39,373 nt of DNA from an uncultured Elusimicrobiaceae bacterium (GTDB lineage Bacteria; Elusimicrobiota; Elusimicrobia; Elusimicrobiales; UBA9959). The stretch is taken from contig CAYSYJ010000002.1 in the NCBI GenBank assembly GCA_964435105.1, forward strand, positions 1-39,373. The letters are read 5' to 3'. Shown here in pieces: positions 8,784 to 16,316 of this stretch. The notes under the pieces were generated by a model. It made no database searches. It was not told the origin of the DNA and worked only from the letters and a program-made list of their open reading frames with translations. Position 1 is the first letter of the stretch; the number at the start of each line of letters is the position of its first letter. Position numbers and translations under genes: made by a program.

Positions 8784-10760
8784 CTAGAAGAGCAGCTTAA
8801 GCGAAGCCGTGAAGACCCTGCCCGGCGACAGACTGTCGTCGTCTTCGGTGTAGACCTCGTTGAAAATATTGTCGCAGGCCAGGGAGGCGTTGAGCCGCTC
8901 CGAGAACCGGCGCGACACGGAAGCCGAAGTGAGCGAGTAGCCCGGCAGCGACGTCGCGTTGGTGTCGCTGGTATACTGCCTGGATTTGTGCAGCCAGGTC
9001 AGCCCGGCCCTGGTCCTTTCCCAGCTATAAGAGGCTCCGGCCGAATAGATCTGCCCGGGCGCGAAGGTGAGCCGCTTGCCCTTTATGTCCGTGGCGTCCG
9101 AAACGCCTTCTTTTACCTCCGAGCGCGACAGCGCCCAGGAAGCGTTCAGGGTCAGGGCGCCGGCCGCGTATTTTACCGGCAGTTCGAAGCCGCGTATCTC
9201 CACCCTGGCCATGTTCCTGTACTTATAGAAAGGGCTGGCGGTCAGCGTGTAATAGATTAGGTCTTTCGCCCGGGTATAATAGACCGACGGGTCGGCGTAA
9301 AGGCCCGGCAGGGGGTTCCACTTCAGGCCGGTCTCGGCCGTGTCGGCCGTTTCCGGGTCCAGGTCCGGGTTGGCGATCTGGTACCTGGTGCCGCGCTTCA
9401 GGCTGAGGGTCATATTCTCCAGCGGCGGCGCGCGGAAGCCGCGGGACCACGAGGCGTACTGCGACAGCCCGTCGGAATACTTCCAGCCGGCGGCGAGCCT
9501 GGGCGAGAATTTCTCCCAGCGCTTGTCCGGCAGCGGCCCGTTGCTGGCGCTGAAGTTTGCGTGCGAGGTGTTCTGCGTGAACGCGTCGTAGAGGCTCACC
9601 CTGTCGTAGCGCAGGCCGGCCGCCAGCGTAAGCCTGTCTTCCAAAAACTTCCGCTCCAACTGCAGGTAAGGCGCCACTGCGCCGGTTTTGCCCCTGTCAT
9701 AGGAGAAAGGCGCCGCCGACGGCGAGCCGCTGCTGTCGCGCCCGTCCAGAACGCCAAAGCGCAGGTCCACGCCGCCGCTGGCCAGCAGGCCGCCGGCGCC
9801 GCCGCGAGATACGGAAACCATGGCGCCCAGGTCCTTGCGGACTATGTCGGCGTAGGCGGCGGTGCCGCCCTTCTGCGAGACGTTCTCGTCGTCGGTCCTT
9901 AAGAAATAGGGCGCTATATGCCAGGACCAGTCGCCCCGCCCGGCCTTCCACGAGGCCTGCAGGCGGTTGGTGACCTTCTCCCGGTACTGGTCCACGGTCT
10001 CGTTGGAGCCCGCGCCGTTGCGGCCCTTGAAGTAGTCGTACTTCAGCTCCAGGGCGCCCATTTCCTTAAAGGCGTAAACCGCCTTGGCCCCGGCGGACTT
10101 CTCTCTTGCGTCGCTCTTGATCGTATAGGCGTTGCGCAGGCTCTTCGGCGCCGTTATGTAGCCGTCGCTGGAGAGCGTGCCGGCTTCGGCCGAAACTGAC
10201 AGCCGTCCCAGGCCGCCGCCGGCGCGGACGCGGGTCTTGAGGGTATTGTAAGTGCCGTATCCGGTTTCCAGGTCCAGGCCTTTGCGGGGTTTCCGGGTGA
10301 TGATATTGACGGCGCCGGCCATGGCGTTGGACCCGTACAGGGAGGAGCCGGGGCCTTTGAAGATCTCCACCCTTTCTATATCCAGGTCCTTCAGTGCGTT
10401 CCACTGCACGCCGCCGGTGGCGGCCGAATTCAGCGGCACGCCGTCCACCATTACCAGGGTCATGGCCTGCCCGGTCTCGCCGCCGGGCATGCCGCGCATG
10501 GCCAGGTTGGAACCGTGCGCGTAGAGGCCGGCGCCCCGGTTGCTGTTGAGGCCGGGCACCAGCGCCTGCAGCTTTTCGTCCAGCGTGACGCCGGCGGCCT
10601 GCTCCACCTGTCCCGGCAGCAGCGCTTCCACCGCGCCGGGGACCTCCCCAAGGCCGCGCGGGGAGCGGGAGGGGGTCTCCACCGTTATGCTGACTTCCGC
10701 CGCGCCGAGCGGCGCGGCCAGCAGCAGGGCGGCCAGGGCGGTCTTGAAGGTATCGTTCAT
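8784..10760 (-). CDS. TonB-dependent outer-membrane receptor
   Basis: Plug motifs (NLAMRGMPGGETGQAMTLVMVDGVPLN, ERVEIFKGPGSSLYGSNAMAGAVNIITR), a long beta-barrel, and a C-terminal ...TASLKLLF ending in Phe. The ATG at 10760 gives the signal peptide MNDTFKTALAALLLAAPLGAA. The GTG at 10790 would lie upstream of the predicted TSS. Confidence 0.85.
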   Translation of the reverse strand: MNDTFKTALAALLLAAPLGAAEVSITVETPSRSPRGLGEVPGAVEALLPGQVEQAAGVTLDEKLQALVPGLNSNRGAGLYAHGSNLAMRGMPGGETGQAMTLVMVDGVPLNSAATGGVQWNALKDLDIERVEIFKGPGSSLYGSNAMAGAVNIITRKPRKGLDLETGYGTYNTLKTRVRAGGGLGRLSVSAEAGTLSSDGYITAPKSLRNAYTIKSDAREKSAGAKAVYAFKEMGALELKYDYFKGRNGAGSNETVDQYREKVTNRLQASWKAGRGDWSWHIAPYFLRTDDENVSQKGGTAAYADIVRKDLGAMVSVSRGGAGGLLASGGVDLRFGVLDGRDSSGSPSAAPFSYDRGKTGAVAPYLQLERKFLEDRLTLAAGLRYDRVSLYDAFTQNTSHANFSASNGPLPDKRWEKFSPRLAAGWKYSDGLSQYASWSRGFRAPPLENMTLSLKRGTRYQIANPDLDPETADTAETGLKWNPLPGLYADPSVYYTRAKDLIYYTLTASPFYKYRNMARVEIRGFELPVKYAAGALTLNASWALSRSEVKEGVSDATDIKGKRLTFAPGQIYSAGASYSWERTRAGLTWLHKSRQYTSDTNATSLPGYSLTSASVSRRFSERLNASLACDNIFNEVYTEDDDSLSPGRVFTASLKLLF

Positions 10761-10793
10761 GAGTATGTCCCGGGGGCGGTTTGTGTTCACACT

Positions 10794-10822
10794 ATTCTAT
10801 AAATAAGTATGAATACGAGCAA
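10794..10822 (-). promoter_or_regulatory. Promoter TTGCTC-N17-TAGAAT with a TCATAC half-site in the spacer (receptor gene)
   Basis: The minus strand reads TTGCTC gtat TCATAC ttattta TAGAAT. Confidence 0.5.
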
Positions 10823-10852
10823 ACCGCGCCATTTTTACGTCGGACGCGGAAT

Positions 10853-10881
10853 TTGCAAGCGTTCATACTAACTTGTAGAAT
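10853..10881 (+). promoter_or_regulatory. Promoter TTGCAA-N17-TAGAAT with a TCATAC half-site in the spacer (nikR-like gene)
   Basis: The plus strand reads TTGCAA gcgt TCATAC taacttg TAGAAT. The geometry is the same as the divergent promoter. The ATG at 10891 is 9 nt downstream. Confidence 0.5.
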
Positions 10882-10890
10882 GTTGTGAAT

Positions 10891-11292
10891 ATGAAAATGG
10901 ACCGCTTCACCCTCTGCCTGGAAAAAGGCCTGCTGGCCAGGCTCGACGAGATCGCCGCCGAGCGCGGCTACCCCAGCCGCTCGCAGGCCATGGCCGATTT
11001 TATCCGCCGCGCCATAATCAGGAAGGATTGGAAGGCCGGGCGCGACTGCGCCGGCACCGTTTCCGTGCATTATGACCCCGCCGACGGGCGCCCGGGCCGC
11101 GCCGTGGAGGCCGCGCTGGCCCGCCGGCGGAGCAATGTGGTCGCCGCCCAGCTGGCGCTGCTGCCCAACGGCCGCGTGCTGCTGACCGCCACCGTTACCG
11201 GCCGGCCCGCGGACCTGCAGCGCCTGGCCGACGAACTGCGCGCCGTGAAAGGCGTCACCCACGGCGCTTTCTCGCCGGTGGCGCCGCTGTGA
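10891..11292 (+). CDS. nikR: NikR-family (ribbon-helix-helix + ACT-like) transcriptional regulator, atypical
   Basis: N-terminal RHH: DRFTLCLEKGLLARLDEIAAERGYPSRSQAMADFIRRAI. A C-terminal ACT-like domain ends in AVKGVTHGAF. The canonical Ni-binding His/Cys ligands appear absent. The start could instead be the GTG at 10885. Confidence 0.7.
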   Translation: MKMDRFTLCLEKGLLARLDEIAAERGYPSRSQAMADFIRRAIIRKDWKAGRDCAGTVSVHYDPADGRPGRAVEAALARRRSNVVAAQLALLPNGRVLLTATVTGRPADLQRLADELRAVKGVTHGAFSPVAPL

Positions 11293-12929
11293 CGGGTTCC
11301 TTCACGGCCAAGGCCCTGCTCTGGCGCAAGGCGGCCGTGATAGGCAGCCTCTGGGCCGCCTCGGAGATAGTCCTCGGCAGCTTCCTCAAGAACGCCCATA
11401 TCCCTTTCGCCGGCCTGCTGCTTACCGGCATAGGCGTCGCCGTGCTGGTGGCGGGGCACCGGCTCTGGCCGGAGCGCGGCCTGCTGTGGCGCGCCGGGCT
11501 CGTTTGCGCGGCCATGAAATCCATTTCCCCCAGCGCCGTGCTGCTGAGCCCCATGGTGGCCATTTTCGCCGAGGGCGTCTGCGCCGAACTCGGCGTGCTC
11601 CTGCTCGGCGGCAACCCGGCCGGCTACGCGCTGGCCGGCGGGCTGGCCATGAACTGGGGCCTGCTGCATAAAATAGGGAAACTGTACCTCGTCTACGGCC
11701 CGGAGTCGCTGGCCGTTTACGCCCGCGGGCTGGAGAAGCTGCGCGCCTGGCTGGGCAGCCCCGGCGGCGTGTGGGAGCCGCTGGCCGCCCTGCTGGCCCT
11801 CTATTTCCTGGCCGGCGTCCTGGCGGCTTTCATAGGCCTGCGCGCGGCCGCCCCCGGCGAGACCGTGCCGCTGAAAGACGCCCTCGGGCATGTTTTCAAG
11901 CCCAGGACCGGAGAACCCGCCGGTTATTATTCCGGCTTCTTCCTTCTGCTGCACCTCGCGGCGGTGACGGGCCTGATGGTATCCGGCAAGGCGCCGCTGG
12001 CCGCCGCGGCCGGGCTCTCCGCTCTTTACGGCCTGGCCTGCGCGGCTTTCTACGGGCGCCCGGCGGCCCTGCTCGGCAGGAAAGGGCTGTGGCTGGGCCT
12101 GGCCTTAGCCTCCGTGCTGGCCGGCTGGCTGCTGGGCGACTGGGCCTCCGGCCTGCGCATGGCGGCCCGGGCTTTCGCGCTCACTCTGGGCTTCGCCGCC
12201 ATAGCGCAGGAATTGCTGAACCCCGCCGTGCGCCGCGCCCTGGAAAGGGCGCTCGGGCGGGCCTTTTTCGACACGCTGGAATACGCCTTCGCCTCGCTGC
12301 CGCTGGTGCTGGCCTCGCTGCCCGCCGGGCGCGACATGCTGCTGCGGCCCGCGGCCTCGCTGCGCACGGTGATAGCGCGCGCGCCATGCCTGCTGGAGCA
12401 TCCCCGCCGCAGGGCCGGCGTGATCACCGGCGGGCGCGGGGCGGGCAAGAGCACGCTGGCCGCGGCCATGGCCGCCGCGCTGGAGCGGCGCGGCCTGAAG
12501 CCGGCCGGCATAGTGGCCTTGGGGCTGTGGGATAAGGACGAGCGCGCCGGTTTCGACCTGGCTGACCTCTTTAGCGGCTCGCGGACTCCGCTGGCGCGGC
12601 GCGGCCCGGGCGGCGCGGTGCGGGCCGGCCCTTTCCGCTTCGAGGCGGCGGGGCTCGCCGCCGGCGCGGCCGCTTTCGCGCCGGAAAAGGTCTCCGCCGC
12701 CGGAGCCGTTTTTATAGACGAGCTGGGCCCGCTGGAACTGGAAGGCGGCGGCTGGGCCGCGCAGCTGGGCGGCCTGCTGGGCACCGACGGCCCGCCGCTG
12801 GTGCTGGTGGTGAGGGAAGAACTGCTGGAGAAGGTGCTGGCCCGCTGGCGGCTGAAACCTTCCGCCGTCTGGCGCGTGCCCGGCGCCGATCCTGAAAAAG
12901 CCCTGGACGACCTGCTCTCCGCGGCCTAA
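11289..12929 (+). CDS. Fusion protein: polytopic membrane domain + C-terminal P-loop NTPase (DUF2478/THEP1-like)
   Basis: About 370 aa of hydrophobic helices, then GVITGGRGAGKSTLAAAMAAALERRGLKPAGIV (Walker A) and AVFIDELGPLELEGGGW (Walker B-like). The GTG start overlaps the nikR stop (GTGA at 11289-11292). Confidence 0.6.
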   Translation: MTGSFTAKALLWRKAAVIGSLWAASEIVLGSFLKNAHIPFAGLLLTGIGVAVLVAGHRLWPERGLLWRAGLVCAAMKSISPSAVLLSPMVAIFAEGVCAELGVLLLGGNPAGYALAGGLAMNWGLLHKIGKLYLVYGPESLAVYARGLEKLRAWLGSPGGVWEPLAALLALYFLAGVLAAFIGLRAAAPGETVPLKDALGHVFKPRTGEPAGYYSGFFLLLHLAAVTGLMVSGKAPLAAAAGLSALYGLACAAFYGRPAALLGRKGLWLGLALASVLAGWLLGDWASGLRMAARAFALTLGFAAIAQELLNPAVRRALERALGRAFFDTLEYAFASLPLVLASLPAGRDMLLRPAASLRTVIARAPCLLEHPRRRAGVITGGRGAGKSTLAAAMAAALERRGLKPAGIVALGLWDKDERAGFDLADLFSGSRTPLARRGPGGAVRAGPFRFEAAGLAAGAAAFAPEKVSAAGAVFIDELGPLELEGGGWAAQLGGLLGTDGPPLVLVVREELLEKVLARWRLKPSAVWRVPGADPEKALDDLLSAA

Positions 12930-13696
12930 CCGCGCGGCGGCTCCCAGACTATAAGCGCCTTGCGGGCGCGCGTGACCTGCTTTATCACGCCGCCGCGGGC
13001 CGAGCGCGTGAGCAGAGGCCCCAGCCACTTATAGTCCGGGCGCACACTGTTGGCCTTCATCGCAATCTCTATTTCCTTCATCGTCTCCGCTGGCGTCATG
13101 GCCTTGGTCCAGCCGTCGCGGATATACTTGAGCCGGAACTTGCGCTTCAGCGCCCGGAGCACGGGCAGCACCAGGTCGGCGCCGTGCGGCGCCTTATAGG
13201 CCAGGCCGTGATGCCTGTAGACTTTCTCCAGTAAGGCGTTGCGCCTCACGCCGGCCCAGCCGATATACACGCATTGGGCGGCGGCTCTTTCCATTTTCAG
13301 GACTTCGGCCTTATTGTGCACGGCCATGGTCATGCTGGCCAGGGCTGTGTCGAACTTGCCGGCGGTGGCCCGCCCCGGCAGCCGATGCCACTTGGAATGA
13401 ACGGCGCGCGCGTTCTTTATGCCGCGCGCCCGCGCCTGGGCCCTGAAAACCTTCAGCATCTCGGCCGAGCCGTCCACGCCGGTCACGGCGCGGCAGCGGG
13501 CCGCCAGCGGCAGGGCGTAGTTGCCGGTGCCGCAGCCTATGTCCAGCAGCCGCCGCCCCGCGAACACGGCGCCCAGGCCCTCGGCGAGCTTTATGATGCG
13601 CCGGGACTTGGTGATCATCTCGCGCTCGAAAGGCTGCGGGTAATTGGCGGCGCGGGCGTTCCAGTAGAATTTTTCGTTGGCGGGGGTGGCCTTCAT
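12926..13696 (-). CDS. Class I SAM-dependent methyltransferase
   Basis: Motif I RLLDIGCGTGNYALPLA and post-I VTGVDGSAEML. Confidence 0.85.
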   Translation of the reverse strand: MKATPANEKFYWNARAANYPQPFEREMITKSRRIIKLAEGLGAVFAGRRLLDIGCGTGNYALPLAARCRAVTGVDGSAEMLKVFRAQARARGIKNARAVHSKWHRLPGRATAGKFDTALASMTMAVHNKAEVLKMERAAAQCVYIGWAGVRRNALLEKVYRHHGLAYKAPHGADLVLPVLRALKRKFRLKYIRDGWTKAMTPAETMKEIEIAMKANSVRPDYKWLGPLLTRSARGGVIKQVTRARKALIVWEPPRG

Positions 13697-13824
13697 ATAT
13701 AAGGATTATATTAAAAGCGCCGGGTTGACTTGCCCCTCCCTATCTGACAGAATGAGGGCAGGGGGAGAAAGATAAAAAAAGAGCGGCGCCATAAGCGGTA
13801 TCCGCCTTTGCCGCGCCCCACCTC

Positions 13825-13853
13825 TTGACATTGTCTAAATTTAGATGTAGTAT
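13825..13853 (+). promoter_or_regulatory. Promoter TTGACA-N17-TAGTAT with an embedded 12-bp perfect palindrome TCTAAATTTAGA (Fur-family autoregulatory operator candidate)
   Basis: TTGACA at 13825-13830, palindrome at 13834-13845, TAGTAT at 13848-13853. The ATG at 13860 is 6 nt downstream with no SD. Confidence 0.55.
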
Positions 13854-13859
13854 AAATGT

Positions 13860-14258
13860 ATGGACAAGAACGCGCAGCTGCTTAAGAACGGGGGCATCCG
13901 CCCCACCCTGCCGCGCCTCGCGGTGGCGGCCAAGTTCTTCGGCAATTTCAACCATCCATCGGCCGAGGAAGTCTGGGCCCTGGTGAAGGCCGCCTACCCC
14001 GGCGTGTCGCGCGCCACCGTTTACAATACGCTCGAGCTGTTCGCCGCCAAAGGCCTGGCCCGGCGCCGCGCGCTCAAGGGCGGCCGCGCCGTGTACGACC
14101 CGGTGACCGAGCGGCACCACCATTTCGTGGACGGCCGCACCGGGCGCATCTACGACATCCCGTGGGAGGCCGTGCGCCTGCCCGCGCATATCGCTTTGCC
14201 GGATTTCGAGGTGGAAGACTACCACCTGGTGATCCTCGGCAGGAAAAAGGGAAAGTAA
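13860..14258 (+). CDS. fur: Fur-family metalloregulator
   Basis: RPTLPRLAVA...HPSAEEVWALV...VSRATVYNTLELFAAKGL...ERHHHFVDGRTGRIYDI is typical Fur/PerR architecture. No Cys residues, so it lacks the structural CxxC zinc site. Confidence 0.85.
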   Translation: MDKNAQLLKNGGIRPTLPRLAVAAKFFGNFNHPSAEEVWALVKAAYPGVSRATVYNTLELFAAKGLARRRALKGGRAVYDPVTERHHHFVDGRTGRIYDIPWEAVRLPAHIALPDFEVEDYHLVILGRKKGK

Positions 14259-14283
14259 TTTAAAGTTACAGGAGGAGATCAAC

Positions 14284-14781
14284 ATGATACCTAACAAGAA
14301 AATGGAAGCCCTGCTCAACAAGCAGATGAACGCGGAGTTCTACAACTCGCACCTTTACCAGGCCATGGCCGGCTGGTTCGAAGGGCAGAACCTGCCCGGT
14401 TTCGCCAGTTGGATGGAGATCCAGGCGGGCGAGGAGCGCGGCCACGCCATGAAGTTCTATAACCACCTCAAGGAGCGCCGCGGCAATATCGTCGTCGGCC
14501 CCGTGCCCGCCGCCCCCACCAAGTACAAGGGCGCCACGGACGCCATCCAGGCCGCCTTCGACCACGAGGTCCACGTGAGCGAGGAGATCAACAAGATGAT
14601 GGAGACCGCCCTGGCCGAGAAGGACTACGCGGCCGTGGAAATGCTGCGCTGGTTCGTCACCGAGCAGGTGGAAGAGGAAGCCAGCGTGGACGCCATCCTG
14701 CAGCAGCTCAAGATGGTGGGCGAGTCTAAGGGCTCGCTGATGTACATCGACCGCCACGTGGGCAAGCGCAAGGCCGACTAA
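14284..14781 (+). CDS. ftnA: Bacterial non-haem ferritin
   Basis: LLNKQMNAEFYNSHLYQAMAGWF...QAGEERGHAMKFYNHL...AFDHEVHVSEEINKM carries the ferroxidase-centre ligands E/ExxH/E. RBS AGGAGG. Confidence 0.9.
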   Translation: MIPNKKMEALLNKQMNAEFYNSHLYQAMAGWFEGQNLPGFASWMEIQAGEERGHAMKFYNHLKERRGNIVVGPVPAAPTKYKGATDAIQAAFDHEVHVSEEINKMMETALAEKDYAAVEMLRWFVTEQVEEEASVDAILQQLKMVGESKGSLMYIDRHVGKRKAD

Positions 14782-14839
14782 AAGCCGCCGGGCAGGCCGC
14801 CCCGGTTTGACCGGGGCGGCCCATTTTGCTAGCATGTAG

Positions 14840-14859
14840 TTATTGGCATATGCCAATAA
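14840..14859. promoter_or_regulatory. Perfect 20-bp palindrome TTATTGGCATATGCCAATAA (operator candidate) 5 nt upstream of the DUF134 gene
   Basis: The sequence equals its own reverse complement. It is AT-rich in a GC-rich context and sits between a TTGCTA (14826-14831) and the ATG at 14864. Confidence 0.5.
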
Positions 14860-14863
14860 CCGC

Positions 14864-15184
14864 ATGCCCAGACCCTGTAAAAAAAGAAATATCACGGCGC
14901 GGCCGCGGGCTTATTACTTCAAGCCCCGGGCCGTGCCGCTTTGCGAGCTGGAGGAAGTAGTCCTCCGGCTCGACGAACTGCAGGCGCTCGAGCACGCCGA
15001 CCTGGCCCGCAGGGACCAGCGCGCGGCCGCGGCCGCCATGAAGGTCTCCCGGCAGACCTTCGGCAATATACTCGCTTCCGCCCGGCGGAAGCTGGCCGAC
15101 GCCGTCGTCCGCGGCAAGGCCCTTAAAATAGAGGGCGGCCCGGAAGAACTGCGCCGCCCGCATTGCGGAGGAGCCCACAAATGA
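14864..15184 (+). CDS. DUF134-family DNA-binding protein
   Basis: MPRPCKKRNI...YFKPRAVPLCELEEVVLRLDELQALEHADL...MKVSRQTFGNILASARRKLADAVVRGKALKIEGG is the canonical DUF134 sequence. I prefer the ATG at 14864 to the track start at 14843, which lies inside the palindrome. Confidence 0.8.
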   Translation: MPRPCKKRNITARPRAYYFKPRAVPLCELEEVVLRLDELQALEHADLARRDQRAAAAAMKVSRQTFGNILASARRKLADAVVRGKALKIEGGPEELRRPHCGGAHK

Positions 15185-15546
15185 ACATCTGCGTACCCGT
15201 GGAGAACAGCGACGGCCTGAAGTCCAAGGTTTACGGCCATTTCGGCAGCGCCCCTTTCTTCGCCATCTGCGGCGTTGAGAGCGGTAAAGTGGAACTGATC
15301 GACAACGCCAACCAGCATCACGAGCACGGCCAGTGCAACCCGCTGGGCGCCATAGCCGGCAAGGCCGTGAGCGCCATCCTGGTGGGCGGCATAGGCGCAC
15401 GCGCCCTGCAGCGCCTCAACGAGGGCGGCATCAAGGCCTACCGCGCGCCCCAGGGGCCGCTGTCGCAGGCGCTGGACATGTTCAAGAAGAAGGAGCTGCC
15501 AGAGATCCTGCCCACCGACGCCTGCGGCGGGCATGGCTGTCATTAA
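15181..15546 (+). CDS. NifB/NifX-family (dinitrogenase FeMo-cofactor biosynthesis-like) domain protein
   Basis: MNICVPVENSDGLKSKVYGHFGSAPFFAI...AILVGGIGARALQRLNEGGIKAY. ATGA overlap with the DUF134 stop. Confidence 0.8.
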   Translation: MNICVPVENSDGLKSKVYGHFGSAPFFAICGVESGKVELIDNANQHHEHGQCNPLGAIAGKAVSAILVGGIGARALQRLNEGGIKAYRAPQGPLSQALDMFKKKELPEILPTDACGGHGCH

Positions 15547-15937
15547 GCATAAGCGCCACGGCGCCTGCGTGGCCTGCGGGGAAAATAACCCCGCGGGCCT
15601 GCGCCTGCGCCTGCGCTTTGCGCGCCGGCCCGACGGCTCCGTGCGCGCCGCCACTTACTGCCGCGGCGAGCTGACCGGTTACGACGGCCTGCTGCACGGC
15701 GGGGTGGCGGCCCTGATGCTCGACAGCGCCATGGTCAACTGCCTGTTCGGGCACGGGGTGACCGCCTATACGGCCGAACTCAAGGTAAAATATAAGGCGC
15801 CGGTGAAGATAGGCCGCGCGGCCGAACTGCGCGCCCGGCTCGACAAGGACCATGACCCGCTTTACCTGACCAGCGGCGAGCTGGTACAGGACGGCGAGAT
15901 TAAAGTCTCGACCGAGGCCAAGTTCATGAGGGAGTAA
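15533..15937 (+). CDS. Hotdog-fold (PaaI-type) thioesterase
   Basis: CVACGENNPAGLRLRL...GYDGLLHGGVAALMLDSAM. Overlaps both neighbouring genes. Confidence 0.7.
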   Translation: MAVIKHKRHGACVACGENNPAGLRLRLRFARRPDGSVRAATYCRGELTGYDGLLHGGVAALMLDSAMVNCLFGHGVTAYTAELKVKYKAPVKIGRAAELRARLDKDHDPLYLTSGELVQDGEIKVSTEAKFMRE

Positions 15938-16299
15938 TGGAAGACAGGAAAATGCAGCTGGAAGAAGCCGCGAAGAAGTACCAGGGGCGCCTTAACGATC
16001 CCGACGCCTCGGCCTCTGTCACCGGGCCTTGCGGCGATACCATGGAGTTCTACCTGAATTTCTCCGACGGCAAGGTGAGCGAGGTGCGCTTTCACGCCGA
16101 CGGCTGCGGCTATACCTCCGCCTGCGGGGCCGTGGCCGCTTTCTACGCCGACGGGCGCCCGCTGGAGGAGGCCCTGTTCGTTTCGCCCGGGCTCATCCTG
16201 CGCACGCTCAAGAACGTGCCGGAAGACCACCGCCACTGCGCCATCCTCGCCGCCACCACTCTGTACAAGGCCATAGCCGACCATCTTTTGAAAGACTAG
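15937..16299 (+). CDS. IscU/NifU N-terminal-like Fe-S cluster scaffold protein
   Basis: Three conserved Cys in the scaffold context: GPCGDTMEFYL, ADGCGYTSACG and HCAILAATTL. The start overlaps the upstream stop (TAATG). Confidence 0.8.
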   Translation: MEDRKMQLEEAAKKYQGRLNDPDASASVTGPCGDTMEFYLNFSDGKVSEVRFHADGCGYTSACGAVAAFYADGRPLEEALFVSPGLILRTLKNVPEDHRHCAILAATTLYKAIADHLLKD

Positions 16300-16316
16300 T
16301 TTTGTAAAATGCTCTT

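Noticed and set aside
10807-10868. A single canonical NikR operator (GTATGA-N16-TCATAC).
   Set aside because: The hexamers match, but the spacing is 50 bp, not 16. I therefore treat them as one half-site per divergent promoter rather than as a classical operator.
12400-12929. The C-terminal NTPase of 11289-12929, considered as the missing ZnuC-type ATPase for the ZnuA/ZnuB transporter.
   Set aside because: It has no ABC signature (LSGGQ) or Q-loop/H-loop pattern, it is too short, and it is encoded 6 kb away in a different operon.
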